Assembly (NCBI GenBank): GCA_963712745.1
Contig: CAVQJC010000001.1
Location: forward strand, 160,001 to 224,000
Source of the DNA: an uncultured Chloroflexia bacterium
GTDB lineage: Bacteria > Chloroflexota > Limnocylindria > Limnocylindrales > CSP1-4
Direction of reading: 5' to 3'
Length of the DNA stretch: 64,000 nucleotides
Positions 10,333 through 19,981 of this stretch are shown piece after piece; the stretch's first letter is position 1, and each line of letters opens with the position of its first letter. Below the pieces are notes generated by a model. The model was not told the DNA's origin. It searched no databases and worked only from the letters and a program-made list of their open reading frames with translations. The position numbers were made by a program, and so were the translations under genes.

Positions 10333-10352
10333 GGGATGCCCGGCACCAGGGC

Positions 10353-11607
10353 TCAGGTGGGCGACGCGTCGAGGATCTCGTCCACGAGGCGCTCCGCGAG
10401 GCTCGATGAAGGCACCATCGGGTTGGTCGCCAACGCCTCGACGAGCCGGTCGCGCCGCGCACGGACGTCGTCGCGCTGACCGACAGCCGGCCAGGGCCCG
10501 CGCCGTCGACGTCTCGAATGTCGCGTGCCTCTCGAGCAGGGTGGTGGCCGCCTGTGGCAGGGCCACCGCCGGATGTCTGCGCAGCTCCCCACCCGCCAGC
10601 ACGTCGGTCGGCAACTCCACGAACGCGTCCCGTGGTGCCCAATCGACCGCGCCCTCGTTGGGCAGGCCGAGCACCATGGGCTCGCTGGACCCGTACGTGA
10701 GCGCGTCGATAAGCGGCACGATGGAGACGGCATACCAGAGCGCCCCGCGGCGTTTGTGCTCGCTGGCCTTGATGCCGCTCGAGTACTGGTCCAACAGCTC
10801 CCCTTCGAGTCGTTTCAGCACCTGGGCGCGACTCTCGTTCGAGGCGAGCTGGGCAGCGAGCTCCTTGTCGGGGTGCAGATAGAAGCGCAGGTACGGCGAG
10901 GGCAGCGCACCGATGGCCCGCACGTCGTCGGGCTCGATGCCACGTGTGGCCGGCATCGCGGCCAGCAGCGCCTCGGTGTCGGGGTCGCCCCAGAATCCGG
11001 CGTGGTTCATGCCCGCATATGCGAGCCGGACCGACCGGACGTCGCGCTCGGCGGCCTTGGCGACGCCTTCCACGAACGTGACCGGCCCATCGCAGACCGA
11101 CACGATGGTCAGGCCGGTGTGTGCGGTGGCAGCCTGCGCGACGATGCCCGACGGGTTGGTCAGGTTGATGATGAAGGCCTCCGGTGCCCAGGCCGACAGG
11201 GCGTCCCACAGGCCGGCCAGTGCCGGGACCGTGCGCATGGCATTGGCGAACCCGCCGGGGCCCATGGTCTCCTCGCCCGGGATGCCGCTGGCGCGTGGGA
11301 ACGTCTCGTCGAAGATGCGCGCATCCAGCCCTCCGATGCGCACCTGGATGAGCACGGCAGTGGCACCTTCGAGGGCTCGCTGCAGCGACGTCTCGGCACT
11401 GACCGTGACGTTGTCGATCGATACCGGTAGCCGGCTTCGGCAGGCCTCGGCGACGAGCGCGAGCTTCTCCGCGTTGCGGCCCTGCAGGACGATCTCCAAT
11501 GCAGGTCGCCGGTCCGCGCCTCCCGGCCAGTCGGCGACCGCATCGATCAGCTCGGGCGTGGAGGTGCCGCTCCCTCCGATGACCGCGAGGCGCACGACGT
11601 CACTCAT
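10353..11607 (-). pseudogene. Glycoside hydrolase family 4 (6-phospho-beta-glucosidase-like), frameshifted near 10480
   Basis: LAVIGGSGTSTP, QVRIGGLDARIFDE, GEETMGPGG, INLTNPSG, YAGMNH, PSPYLRFY. The tail ALATNPMVPS is in another frame. Confidence 0.88.
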
Positions 11608-12752
11608 CGGACGCCGTAGAACTCGCGGATGGCCAGACCTACCCGGTCGACTTCTTGGTCGGTCAGCTCGGCGAACATGGGCAGACACAGGATGCGAGGA
11701 ACGAGCGACCGGGCCACGGCCATGTCGTCCGAGGCCCGCCATGGGTTGTCGACATAGGCTCCCTGGTCGGGCACCAGCTTGGGATAGACGACCTGTGTCC
11801 CAACGCCGCGCGCATCGAGGAAGACGCGTAGCTCCTCTCGTCTGGGGAGATGGACGGTGTACATGTAGTAGGCGTGCCGACCCGAATCCTCGACCGGGGG
11901 CAGCTCCGCGGGTGTCCCGGCCAGCAGCTCGTCGTATCGGGCCGCGACTCGTGCACGGCCGGCCAGCTGGTCCTCCAGGTGGCGCAGCTTGATGCGCAGG
12001 AAGGCGCCCTGGATCTCGTCGAGGCGCTCCTGGTAGCCGAGGATCAGGTGCTCATGCTTGACGGACTTCTGGCCCATGTAGCGCAGCTGGCGCAGCCTGG
12101 CATCGAGTTCCGGGTCCGAGGTGGTGACGATGCCGCCGTCGCCCAGCGCGCCCATCACCTTCGCGGGATAGAAGCTGAATGCCGCGATGTCACCGAGGCT
12201 ACCGGCCTTGCGCCCGTCGCGAGTGGCGCCGTGTGCGTGCGCCGCATCCTCGAGCACCGGGATGCCCGGCGCCGCGGCCCGGATGGCATCGACGTCCACG
12301 CAGCGCCCGTACATGTGCACGGGCAGGATCGCCTTGGTGGCCGGAGTGATGGCAGCCGCGACCCGCGCCGGGTCCATGTTGACCGTCTCCGGGTCGACGT
12401 CCACGAACACGGGGGTGGCGCCCACGTAGCTGATGGCGAAGACGGTCGCGACGTAGGTGTTGGGAACGGTGACCACCTCGTCGCCGTGGCCCACCCCAAG
12501 GGCTCGCAGCGCCAGGGTGAGCGCGGCCGTCCCACTGGAGACGCCGACCGCGAAGTCAGCGTCGCAATAGGTGGCGAACTCCTCCTCGAAGGCGGCTAGG
12601 TTGGGTCCCAGCGTGAAACGGTGCTTGGGTAGGCACGACTGAAAGGCCTCGACCAGTTCATCGGCGATGGCTGCATGCCAGCGCGTGACATCCTCGACCG
12701 GGACCGGCGCGGCCTCGGGCGAGGCCGCTTCTGCTTGTGTTCTGATGGCCAC
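11604..12752 (-). CDS. DegT/DnrJ/EryC1/StrS-family PLP sugar aminotransferase
   Basis: SSGTAAL, EDAAHAHGA, FSFYPAKVMGALGDGG, RLDEIQ. RBS AAGGAGG upstream. Confidence 0.93.
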   Translation of the reverse strand: MAIRTQAEAASPEAAPVPVEDVTRWHAAIADELVEAFQSCLPKHRFTLGPNLAAFEEEFATYCDADFAVGVSSGTAALTLALRALGVGHGDEVVTVPNTYVATVFAISYVGATPVFVDVDPETVNMDPARVAAAITPATKAILPVHMYGRCVDVDAIRAAAPGIPVLEDAAHAHGATRDGRKAGSLGDIAAFSFYPAKVMGALGDGGIVTTSDPELDARLRQLRYMGQKSVKHEHLILGYQERLDEIQGAFLRIKLRHLEDQLAGRARVAARYDELLAGTPAELPPVEDSGRHAYYMYTVHLPRREELRVFLDARGVGTQVVYPKLVPDQGAYVDNPWRASDDMAVARSLVPRILCLPMFAELTDQEVDRVGLAIREFYGVR

Positions 12753-12781
12753 GCGTCGCGCTCCCTCCTTGTGGATTCTTC

Positions 12782-12794
12782 AGACGTCAGACGA
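12782..12794. promoter_or_regulatory. Putative GntR/HutC operator (AGACGTCAGACGA)
   Basis: A near-identical motif, AGATGTCAGACAA, lies at 17269-17281 upstream of the SBP gene. Both precede operons of the same locus. Confidence 0.5.
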
Positions 12795-12929
12795 CTTTAC
12801 TTCAGCCGGGCCGGGCCGGAGGCGTCCTCTTCGGACGGTGTCGCCGGCGCCCGCTGATCGGCCCGCCGGTACCAGTAGCGGACGCTGCCGGCGCAGCCTA
12901 GACTCGAGGCGATGGTGCGCTCACGGGCG

Positions 12930-14108
12930 ATGCTCGCTCCTCCGCGGATAACCGGCACGGTCCTGCTGCCTGGCGGTGTGCTGGACCGAGCCGTGGTTCA
13001 CGTCGCGGATGGCCGTCTCGAGGGCATCGAGCAGGGCATCTCGCGGTCGACCGAGCGGGCGCTGCGTCGAGACGGCAAGGGCGACTTCCTGACCGACCGC
13101 CAGGTGCTGGCGCCAGCCTATGTCGATGTCCACTGCCACGGTGCGGGTGGTGGGAGCGCGTCCGGCAGCGAGGCCTCGCTGCGGTCGATGGCCGCGACGC
13201 TGCTGGCCCATGGCGTGGCCGGGTTCGTCGCCGCCCTCATGACGGCCCCGCTCACGGAGATGCTGGCGGCCGCAGGCCGGGCCGGGCACCCGGCGGACCC
13301 GCAGGCCGACAGGGGGCAGGTGCCCTACGTGGCCACCCTGCTGGGACTGCACTTCGAAGGCCCCGCGCTCTCCCCGGACTGGTCCGCCGGGCACGATGCC
13401 GCAGCGCTGACGCCGCCGCTTGGACTGTCGCGCTCCCTGGCGGCCGCGCCGGAGGCCTGGCGCTCCGTGCGCATCGTGACCCTGGCGCCAGAGCTGGAAG
13501 GTGGCTTGCAGCTGGTCGATGACCTGGTGCGCGCCGGCATCGTCGCATCGGTCGGCCACACCGGCGCCAGCATCGACGTGGCCGCGAGTGCCTACGCATC
13601 CGGCGCCCGGTCCACTACGCACCTCTTCAACGGCATGCCGCAGCTGCACCACCGCGCCCCCGGTCCCGTCGGTGCCGCGCTCGCGCTGGCGCCCTTCATC
13701 GAGCTCATCTGTGACGGGCTGCACGTCGATAGGCGCATCATGCCGGCTCTCGCGAGGGCCATCGGCGACGACCGGCTCGTGCTCGTCTCGGACGCGGTCC
13801 CGCTGGCAGGCAGCCGGCTGCGACGAGTCCGCGTGCCCGGCTCGAGCGCTCACATCGAGGCAGGGCGGGCGGTCCACCCTGATGGCACGCTCGCGGGCAG
13901 TCGCCTGCTGCTCGATGGCATGGTTGCCAGCGCGGTTCGCAGTGGCGTGCCGCTCACCTCGGCGCTACGCGCCGCGACCGAGAACCCTGCGCGACTGCTT
14001 GTCCTGCGGGACCGGGGCACCCTGACAGAAGGCTCGATCGCCGATCTCGTGGTGGTCTCGCGAGCTGGTCGGCTCCAGCGTGTCCTGACGAGCGGCCTGG
14101 CAGCGTAG
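12930..14108 (+). CDS. nagA: N-acetylhexosamine-6-phosphate deacetylase (NagA-like)
   Basis: DVHCHGAGG, LHFEGP, VTLAPE, SVGHT, THLFNGM, ICDGLHV, LVSDA, GTLAGS. Confidence 0.9.
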   Translation: MLAPPRITGTVLLPGGVLDRAVVHVADGRLEGIEQGISRSTERALRRDGKGDFLTDRQVLAPAYVDVHCHGAGGGSASGSEASLRSMAATLLAHGVAGFVAALMTAPLTEMLAAAGRAGHPADPQADRGQVPYVATLLGLHFEGPALSPDWSAGHDAAALTPPLGLSRSLAAAPEAWRSVRIVTLAPELEGGLQLVDDLVRAGIVASVGHTGASIDVAASAYASGARSTTHLFNGMPQLHHRAPGPVGAALALAPFIELICDGLHVDRRIMPALARAIGDDRLVLVSDAVPLAGSRLRRVRVPGSSAHIEAGRAVHPDGTLAGSRLLLDGMVASAVRSGVPLTSALRAATENPARLLVLRDRGTLTEGSIADLVVVSRAGRLQRVLTSGLAA

Positions 14109-14137
14109 CCCCGGGGACCCACGGAGCGGAGGCGGCA

Positions 14138-14965
14138 TCACCTGCCCGAGCCACTGACCAGGCCGCGGACGAGGTGCCGGTGCGCCACGATGCCGAATGC
14201 CAGCACCGGGATCAGCACAACGCTGCCTGCCGCGGCCATGCGACCCCAGTAGATCTCCTTGTTGGTCATGAAGCCCACGATGGCCACCGGGGCGGTCTTG
14301 GCGTCGTTGCCCCCGGCGGTCAGGATGAGCGCGTAGAGGAACTCGTTCCAGGTGTAGAGCAGGCACAGGACCGCGGCCGCCGCCAGTCCCGGACGCACCA
14401 GTGGCAGGACCACCTTCAGCAGGATCTGGAGTCGGCTCGCGCCGTCGACAAGCGCCGCCTCGTCGAGCTCCACCGGCAGGTCTCTCACGAAGTTCCAGAG
14501 GATCCAGACGGAGATGGGGACCGTCAAGGCGAGGTACGTGAACGACAGCGCGAAGATGTTGTCGAGCAGGCCCGTGCTGCGGAAGATCATGTAGATGGGG
14601 ATGACGACGACGATCACCGGCAGCATCTGCGGAACGAGGGCCGCGGCGACGAGGGCGCCACGTCCGCGCACGCGCATGCGGGCCAGGGCGTAGGCCGCCG
14701 GCAGCGCGACGGTCAGCGCGACGATGGTGGCGAGGGTCCCGACGATGACGCTGTTGAGCAGGAAGCGCGGGAACTCCGACTGGCCGAAGACTTGGGTGTA
14801 GCTGTCAAGCGTGGGCTCGAAGACGAACGTGGGCGGGTAGGCGAACGTCTCCGCCGCCGGCTTGATGCTGGTCAGGAAGAGCCAGGCGATGGGAAACATG
14901 AAGAAGACGAGCGCCAGCACCGTGAGCCCGTACACCAGTACCGTGGACCTGCGCGAGCGCCTCAT
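14138..14965 (-). CDS. Carbohydrate ABC permease (MalG-like)
   Basis: ELDEAALVDGAS, WNEFLYAL. Confidence 0.94.
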   Translation of the reverse strand: MRRSRRSTVLVYGLTVLALVFFMFPIAWLFLTSIKPAAETFAYPPTFVFEPTLDSYTQVFGQSEFPRFLLNSVIVGTLATIVALTVALPAAYALARMRVRGRGALVAAALVPQMLPVIVVVIPIYMIFRSTGLLDNIFALSFTYLALTVPISVWILWNFVRDLPVELDEAALVDGASRLQILLKVVLPLVRPGLAAAAVLCLLYTWNEFLYALILTAGGNDAKTAPVAIVGFMTNKEIYWGRMAAAGSVVLIPVLAFGIVAHRHLVRGLVSGSGR

Positions 14966-14975
14966 CTCGCGCTCC

Positions 14976-15902
14976 TCACCACGATCTCCGGCCGAGCAGC
15001 CGGTACTCGATGGCCAGGATGACCACCAGGCCCAGGATGATGAGGTAGGAGACTGCCGATGCGAACCCCAGGTTGAACGAGGCGAAGCCCTCGCGGTAGG
15101 CGTAGATGCTGATCGTCGTCGTGGTGTTGTACGGCCCGCCGCTGGTCAGCACCCAGACGACGTCGAAGATGCGGAAGAGGTCGACGGTGCGCCAGACGAC
15201 CGCGACGAAGATGACTGGCCTGAGCAGCGGCAGGGTGATGAAGCGGAAGACCTGCCAAGAGGATGCACCGTCTGCGCGTGCTGCCTGCCTGGGCTCGTCG
15301 GGGACCGCAGCCAGGCCGGCCAGGACGAGCAGCGCCACGAAGGCGGTCGTGTTCCAGATGTCCACGATGACCAGCGACCACAGGGCCATGCCTGGATCGC
15401 CCAGCCAGGCCACCCTCGAGATGCCCAGCAGCGACAGGAACCAGTTGACGACCCCGAAGTCGAAGCTCAGCAAGATGCGCCAGACGAGGCCGATGACCAC
15501 GTTGGTGACGAACATCGGCAGCAGCAACAGGACGAGGGCAGTCCGGCGGCCACGGAAGGACTGGTCGAGCAGGACGGCCAGCCCGATGCCCAGTACCACC
15601 TCGATGGACAGGGCGACGACCAGCAGGGTCACCGTCACCTGCATCGAATGCCAGAACGCGGGGTCGGCGACCGCTTCGGCGTAGTTGTCGAGGCCCACGA
15701 AGGGCACGCCCTGCTTGAAGGTCGCCATCTTCCACTGGTGGAAGCTCAGATACAGGCTGTAGACGACCGGGATACCGACGACGGCCAGGATGGCGCCATA
15801 GGCAGGCAGCAGGAACACCCACGTCCGGTCCTTGGGACCGCGAGCGCGGGTGTTCCTGCGGTTCTTCGTCGCCGCTGAGCCCACGTCGTCGGCAACGGTC
15901 AT
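14976..15902 (-). CDS. Carbohydrate ABC permease (MalF-like)
   Basis: FVGLDNY, QAARADGAS, TSGGP, GFASA. Confidence 0.94.
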   Translation of the reverse strand: MTVADDVGSAATKNRRNTRARGPKDRTWVFLLPAYGAILAVVGIPVVYSLYLSFHQWKMATFKQGVPFVGLDNYAEAVADPAFWHSMQVTVTLLVVALSIEVVLGIGLAVLLDQSFRGRRTALVLLLLPMFVTNVVIGLVWRILLSFDFGVVNWFLSLLGISRVAWLGDPGMALWSLVIVDIWNTTAFVALLVLAGLAAVPDEPRQAARADGASSWQVFRFITLPLLRPVIFVAVVWRTVDLFRIFDVVWVLTSGGPYNTTTTISIYAYREGFASFNLGFASAVSYLIILGLVVILAIEYRLLGRRSW

Positions 15903-15951
15903 ATCACTGGAGCTACCGCCGTCGGGGTCGCCGATCGGCCCCGATCAGCGA

Positions 15952-17229
15952 CTACTTGAGCCCGGCCTCGACGAGGGCGTTCTCAACGGCCACGGCGGCA
16001 TCGTCCATGGCCTGCTGCGGTGTCTTTGCGCCGGCGACGGCTGCTGCCGCAGCCTCCGCCATGCCCTGCACGATCTGGTCGGACGTCGTCAGCAGGGGCG
16101 TGATGTGGCGATACTGCATCGCTTCGGCAAGCAGCTCGAACTGCGGGACCTGCGCCACCACCTCGGGATCCCCGAGCGCGGCGCTGTTCGACGGGATCCC
16201 ACCATTGAGAGCCCAGAGCTTGGCGCCGGGACCGCCTACAAGCCACTCGATGAACTTGTAGCCGGCCTCCTTCTCGCCGGCAGCCGACGGGATGGCCCAA
16301 CCCCAGGAGCTACCTCCGAAGCCGTACTCACCGGCCACGGAGGGCGGGATGAGCTGGTAGGCCAGCTTGTCACACACGTCGGGTGAGACATCGCAGGAAG
16401 TCAGGTCCTGGGTCGCCGCCATCCACTCCACGCCCATGGCTGCGTTGTCGTTCTGCAGGGCGGTGAGGATCTCGTTGTAGCCGTAGGTGGTGACGTCCGG
16501 CGAAACGACGCCGTGCTTCTGCAGCAGGTCGGAGTAGAACTGGAGAGCCGCGACACCCTGTTCGTTGTTGACGGTGACCTCATAGGTCTCCGGGTCGTAG
16601 ATCTGGCCACCGAAGGCCCAGAAGTAGTGCATGAAGTCCCACCAGGCCTCGTCGGTCCGCGACCCGATGACCATGCCGAAGCGATCGGGCGGCTGGTTCA
16701 GAGCCAGCGCCGCTGCGAGCATCTCGTCCATCGTCTGGGGAGGCGCAAGACCGGCCTCCTCGAGCAGGTCGGTGCGATAGAAGAGCCAGGCGGTGTCACC
16801 CTCGGACGGGAAGCCGTAGATGCTGCCATCGAAGGTCAGGTCGGAGACACTCGGCTGCAGGTCTTCGATGTTCAGGAAATCGGCGGGCATCGAGGCGATG
16901 TACTCGTCGAACGGCTCCAGCCCGTCCGCCGCGATGAAGGCCGGCATCCAGTCGGACGACATGTACAGGACATCGAACTCGCCACCACCACCGATGACCG
17001 ACGTCCGGAGGCTGTCAGCGTAGCCGTCCCGGGCGATCTCCTCGATCGCGACCGGGTTCCCCGTGGCCGCGGTGTATTCCGCGGCGACCAGGCGCAGATT
17101 GTCGGCTTCGGGCCCGCTCCACACGGCGACTCGGATCTCGGGCAGTGGCTCCTGGGCCAGGGCGGCGGGTGCGGCGGTCGCCGTCAGGGCCAGCGACGCG
17201 GTGAGTGCTACCAGGACTCGTGATCTCAT
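15952..17229 (-). CDS. Carbohydrate ABC substrate-binding protein
   Basis: Signal peptide ..PAALAQE, DGSIYGFP, LFYRTDLL, PQTMDE. Confidence 0.93.
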   Translation of the reverse strand: MRSRVLVALTASLALTATAAPAALAQEPLPEIRVAVWSGPEADNLRLVAAEYTAATGNPVAIEEIARDGYADSLRTSVIGGGGEFDVLYMSSDWMPAFIAADGLEPFDEYIASMPADFLNIEDLQPSVSDLTFDGSIYGFPSEGDTAWLFYRTDLLEEAGLAPPQTMDEMLAAALALNQPPDRFGMVIGSRTDEAWWDFMHYFWAFGGQIYDPETYEVTVNNEQGVAALQFYSDLLQKHGVVSPDVTTYGYNEILTALQNDNAAMGVEWMAATQDLTSCDVSPDVCDKLAYQLIPPSVAGEYGFGGSSWGWAIPSAAGEKEAGYKFIEWLVGGPGAKLWALNGGIPSNSAALGDPEVVAQVPQFELLAEAMQYRHITPLLTTSDQIVQGMAEAAAAAVAGAKTPQQAMDDAAVAVENALVEAGLK

Positions 17230-17268
17230 GTTCCTCTCCTCATGAGTCGCCGGGCTTCGTGTCATGAA

Positions 17269-17281
17269 AGATGTCAGACAA
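17269..17281. promoter_or_regulatory. Putative GntR/HutC operator (AGATGTCAGACAA)
   Basis: Matches 12782-12794 at 11/13 nt. Confidence 0.5.
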
Positions 17282-17435
17282 GCCGGCTCGGTCGAGTATA
17301 TGCCCGCCCTGTGGGCACGAACGTCAGAGCCGACGGGGCCGAGACCGACGGGCCGAGGGTCGCGTACGCCGAGGGCCCTCGGCCAGCGGGTCGGGACTGC
17401 CGGCCTCGCGGGACTGTCGGCCTCGCGGGCCTCGC

Positions 17436-18281
17436 TCAGGGAGCGGCGTCGAGCAACTCGGCCACTCGCGCCCAGACCCGTGGGGACGCCAGTGGGAACC
17501 GGGCTGGATCGGAGAGCCAGGCGAACTCGACCGGGTCATCACGGAACGACTCGTACAACGATCCGCGCCCCGGGCCCGACCAGTCGACGGCCTGGACCTC
17601 CTCGAGGGCGGGCGGGCTCGCGTAGCGATCATTGGCGCGCAACGAGCCGTCGGCCCCTATGTACCATCCGAATCCCTGGGCCGCGACGACGTCCGTGTAG
17701 ACGCCCGCGGCCCGCCGGTCGATGACATCGCTGAAGACGAGCGGCCCGGCGCCGAGGTCGATGGTCACATGTGCCAGCAGCGGCGGGAAGACCACCCAGT
17801 CACCTGGGTGCGCCCGCACCAGCCAGGCACGCGAACTCACAGGGCCTTCCGGCCTCACAGCGAGGTCCTGTATGAGGAACCCGGCCTCGCCATGCAGAAC
17901 CTCGACGATCTCCGGGTATCCCAGGCTCGCGCCGGGCGGGCGAACATGGACGTGGCCCGCGGTCTTGGCGGCCTCCCAGCCGATGGCGCGGCCGGTCATC
18001 GCGGTGAGCTCGTAGCGCAGTATGTGGTCCGTCAGGTGCGAGTCCTGTGACAGGCGCACGCCGTTGAGCATGCGGTACTCGACGCGCTCCCCATCTTGCT
18101 CGATCGGCTCGGCCGCGACGCCGGCCAGCTCTGAGAGCTGCCGCACGAAGTCTTCCTCGACGCTCACGTGGGGACCGATGCTGAGCTGCCCGTCGCGGAG
18201 CGCGACCGGGAGGCCACACTGAGGAGCAAGGTCGGCAGTAGGCTCGATGGGAGCGGCGATGTCGATCCGTCCGGCATCCAC
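17436..18281 (-). CDS. Cupin-type (archaeal-type) glucose-6-phosphate isomerase family protein
   Basis: KTAGHVH and YPEIVEVLHGEAGFLIQ (cupin motif 1), GDWVVFPPLLAHVTID (motif 2). Confidence 0.8.
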   Translation of the reverse strand: MDAGRIDIAAPIEPTADLAPQCGLPVALRDGQLSIGPHVSVEEDFVRQLSELAGVAAEPIEQDGERVEYRMLNGVRLSQDSHLTDHILRYELTAMTGRAIGWEAAKTAGHVHVRPPGASLGYPEIVEVLHGEAGFLIQDLAVRPEGPVSSRAWLVRAHPGDWVVFPPLLAHVTIDLGAGPLVFSDVIDRRAAGVYTDVVAAQGFGWYIGADGSLRANDRYASPPALEEVQAVDWSGPGRGSLYESFRDDPVEFAWLSDPARFPLASPRVWARVAELLDAAP

Positions 18282-18624
18282 GCAGCGAGGGTATCAGGAA
18301 CTCTGCGACTGCTCGAGTCGTCCCCGAGGCCCTCGATGTCACGCGGACCGGTCCCCGATCGGCCGCTGGGACGGCGCGGGCGCATCGGAGGGTCACGCGG
18401 GAGCTCGTGAGGCCGCGCCAAGGCCGCACGACCGAGGCTGGCCTGCGGGAGCTGACAGAAGTCAACCCCAGGCGCATCCGTTTGCGACAGCGTCGCACCA
18501 TAGGCGAGGTCAGGCACTCCCTGATTCGGATTCACGACCGCTCGGTTGGCAGCCGCCGGGCTCGCCGGTCATCCTGAGCGCGAATCTGGCGTTGTCAACC
18601 GCGTGGTCACGGTCCCCGAGCCGC

Positions 18625-18858
18625 GCCAGCCATTTGGGCCTTCTGTGTGCTGACGGTCTCGCCCGGCGCTCGCGCCTACTACGACGACAATGACCCGGGG
18701 CCGCATACCTCGAAGGTCGCCCGTCGCAAGCTCGCCAACAGGCTCGTCGGCGTCCTCCACGGTCGCCTGGCACACCGGACGCTCTATGACGAGGAACGGG
18801 CCTGGCATCGGGCAGCGGCGGAGCTTGCCGCTTGACGAGTTACGGACCTGGGGTGTCT
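18625..18858 (+). mobile_element. IS110-family transposase 3' remnant and right end
   Basis: WAFCVLTVSPGARAYYD..RKLANRLVGVLHG..TLYDEERAW is the typical C-terminus of actinobacterial-type IS110 transposases. It is followed by GCTTGAC..GGGGTGTCT. Confidence 0.8.
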
Positions 18859-19981
18859 AGAGCGTGCCGGCCTTGAAGGCCTGGAGCGCCTCAACCATGC
18901 GGCCATCGCCCCGGAGCTCGTTCTCGAGGAAGTCGACCCAGTGATAGACCATCACGCCATCGGCCGGGGACGCGGTGACCGCCCGCAGCGACTCGAGGTA
19001 CTCCTCGAAGGGGATGGTCGGGTTCCGCCGACCCGGTGCGTAGATCTGGTCCATGTAGTCGGGCTTGCCCTGGATGCAGGCCAGGAGCGTCATGTCGGTC
19101 CGCGGCCGCATCTCGGCGGTCAGGCTCTCGATCCAAGCCGCCGCATCGCGACGTGAGATCTGGTGGTAGTACATCAGCTCGATGGCATCCGCGACCTCGC
19201 CGATGGCCTCCGGAGACTGCCCCAGCACCTCGCTGACGGCGTTGTCGTAGTCGGTGCGGCCAAAGGCCACGCCATTGATGAGGACCTCGACGTCGGAGCG
19301 CTGGCGCTTGGCGGCGTCCCCCAGCGTCTTGATGACACCGGCGATGACGTCGCACTTCCAGGCCGTCCATTCATCGCGGAGCTCGTTGAGGATGATCGCG
19401 CTGCGGTCGGCCGTAGAGCCCGCAGGCAGCTGGTTGCCGGTCTCGTCACCAAAGCGCCGCAGGCAACGTTCGCAGAAGCAGTACTCCACGATGTCCGAGC
19501 GTGACGTCTCGGGCATCCAAAGCTCCCAGAAGCCCGCGAACCGGATGAACGAGATGAAGACGCCGTCTGGCTGCAGGTCAGCCACGACCTCCTCCATGAC
19601 CGCGGCTCGCTCGGCCAGATAGCTGGGGCTGGTGGGGCAGAGGCCCACGTACCAGCCGAATTTCTCCATGGTGCGACCCTCCGAATCGACCGGCCGCAGG
19701 TCCGGATGGGCATCGTAGGCATCGGGGCGGAAGAACACGGCCGTGGCCTCGAAGACCTTGAGGCCTTGCTGTTTGAGGGCGTCTCGGAACCGTCGGTCTT
19801 CATAGGGCGGGCCGGGCATCTCTTGGATGACCGCGGACGTGGGCAGCGGATCGCGCAGGTTCTGCACCGCGACCCAGTCTATGCCATGACGGTCCATGGC
19901 CTCGGCAGCCTGGACCTCGGTCAGTCCGTACTGCAGGTACCACTCGAACCCGTAGTTCTTGACGGCGACGATGTCGTTCAT
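18857..19981 (-). CDS. Hypothetical TIM-barrel protein, glycoside-hydrolase-like
   Basis: LCPTSP, PDGVFISFIRF, YCFCERC, WTAWK motifs seen in GH-like/DUF4015-type proteins. Last gene of an ABC operon. Confidence 0.6.
   Translation of the reverse strand: MNDIVAVKNYGFEWYLQYGLTEVQAAEAMDRHGIDWVAVQNLRDPLPTSAVIQEMPGPPYEDRRFRDALKQQGLKVFEATAVFFRPDAYDAHPDLRPVDSEGRTMEKFGWYVGLCPTSPSYLAERAAVMEEVVADLQPDGVFISFIRFAGFWELWMPETSRSDIVEYCFCERCLRRFGDETGNQLPAGSTADRSAIILNELRDEWTAWKCDVIAGVIKTLGDAAKRQRSDVEVLINGVAFGRTDYDNAVSEVLGQSPEAIGEVADAIELMYYHQISRRDAAAWIESLTAEMRPRTDMTLLACIQGKPDYMDQIYAPGRRNPTIPFEEYLESLRAVTASPADGVMVYHWVDFLENELRGDGRMVEALQAFKAGTL

Noticed and set aside
9361-11742. 793-aa apparent GH4-ROK fusion protein
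   Set aside because: It results from a frameshift near 10480. The true GH4 tail (ALATNPMVPS..*) ends at 10353 in another frame, and the ROK gene has its own GTG start.
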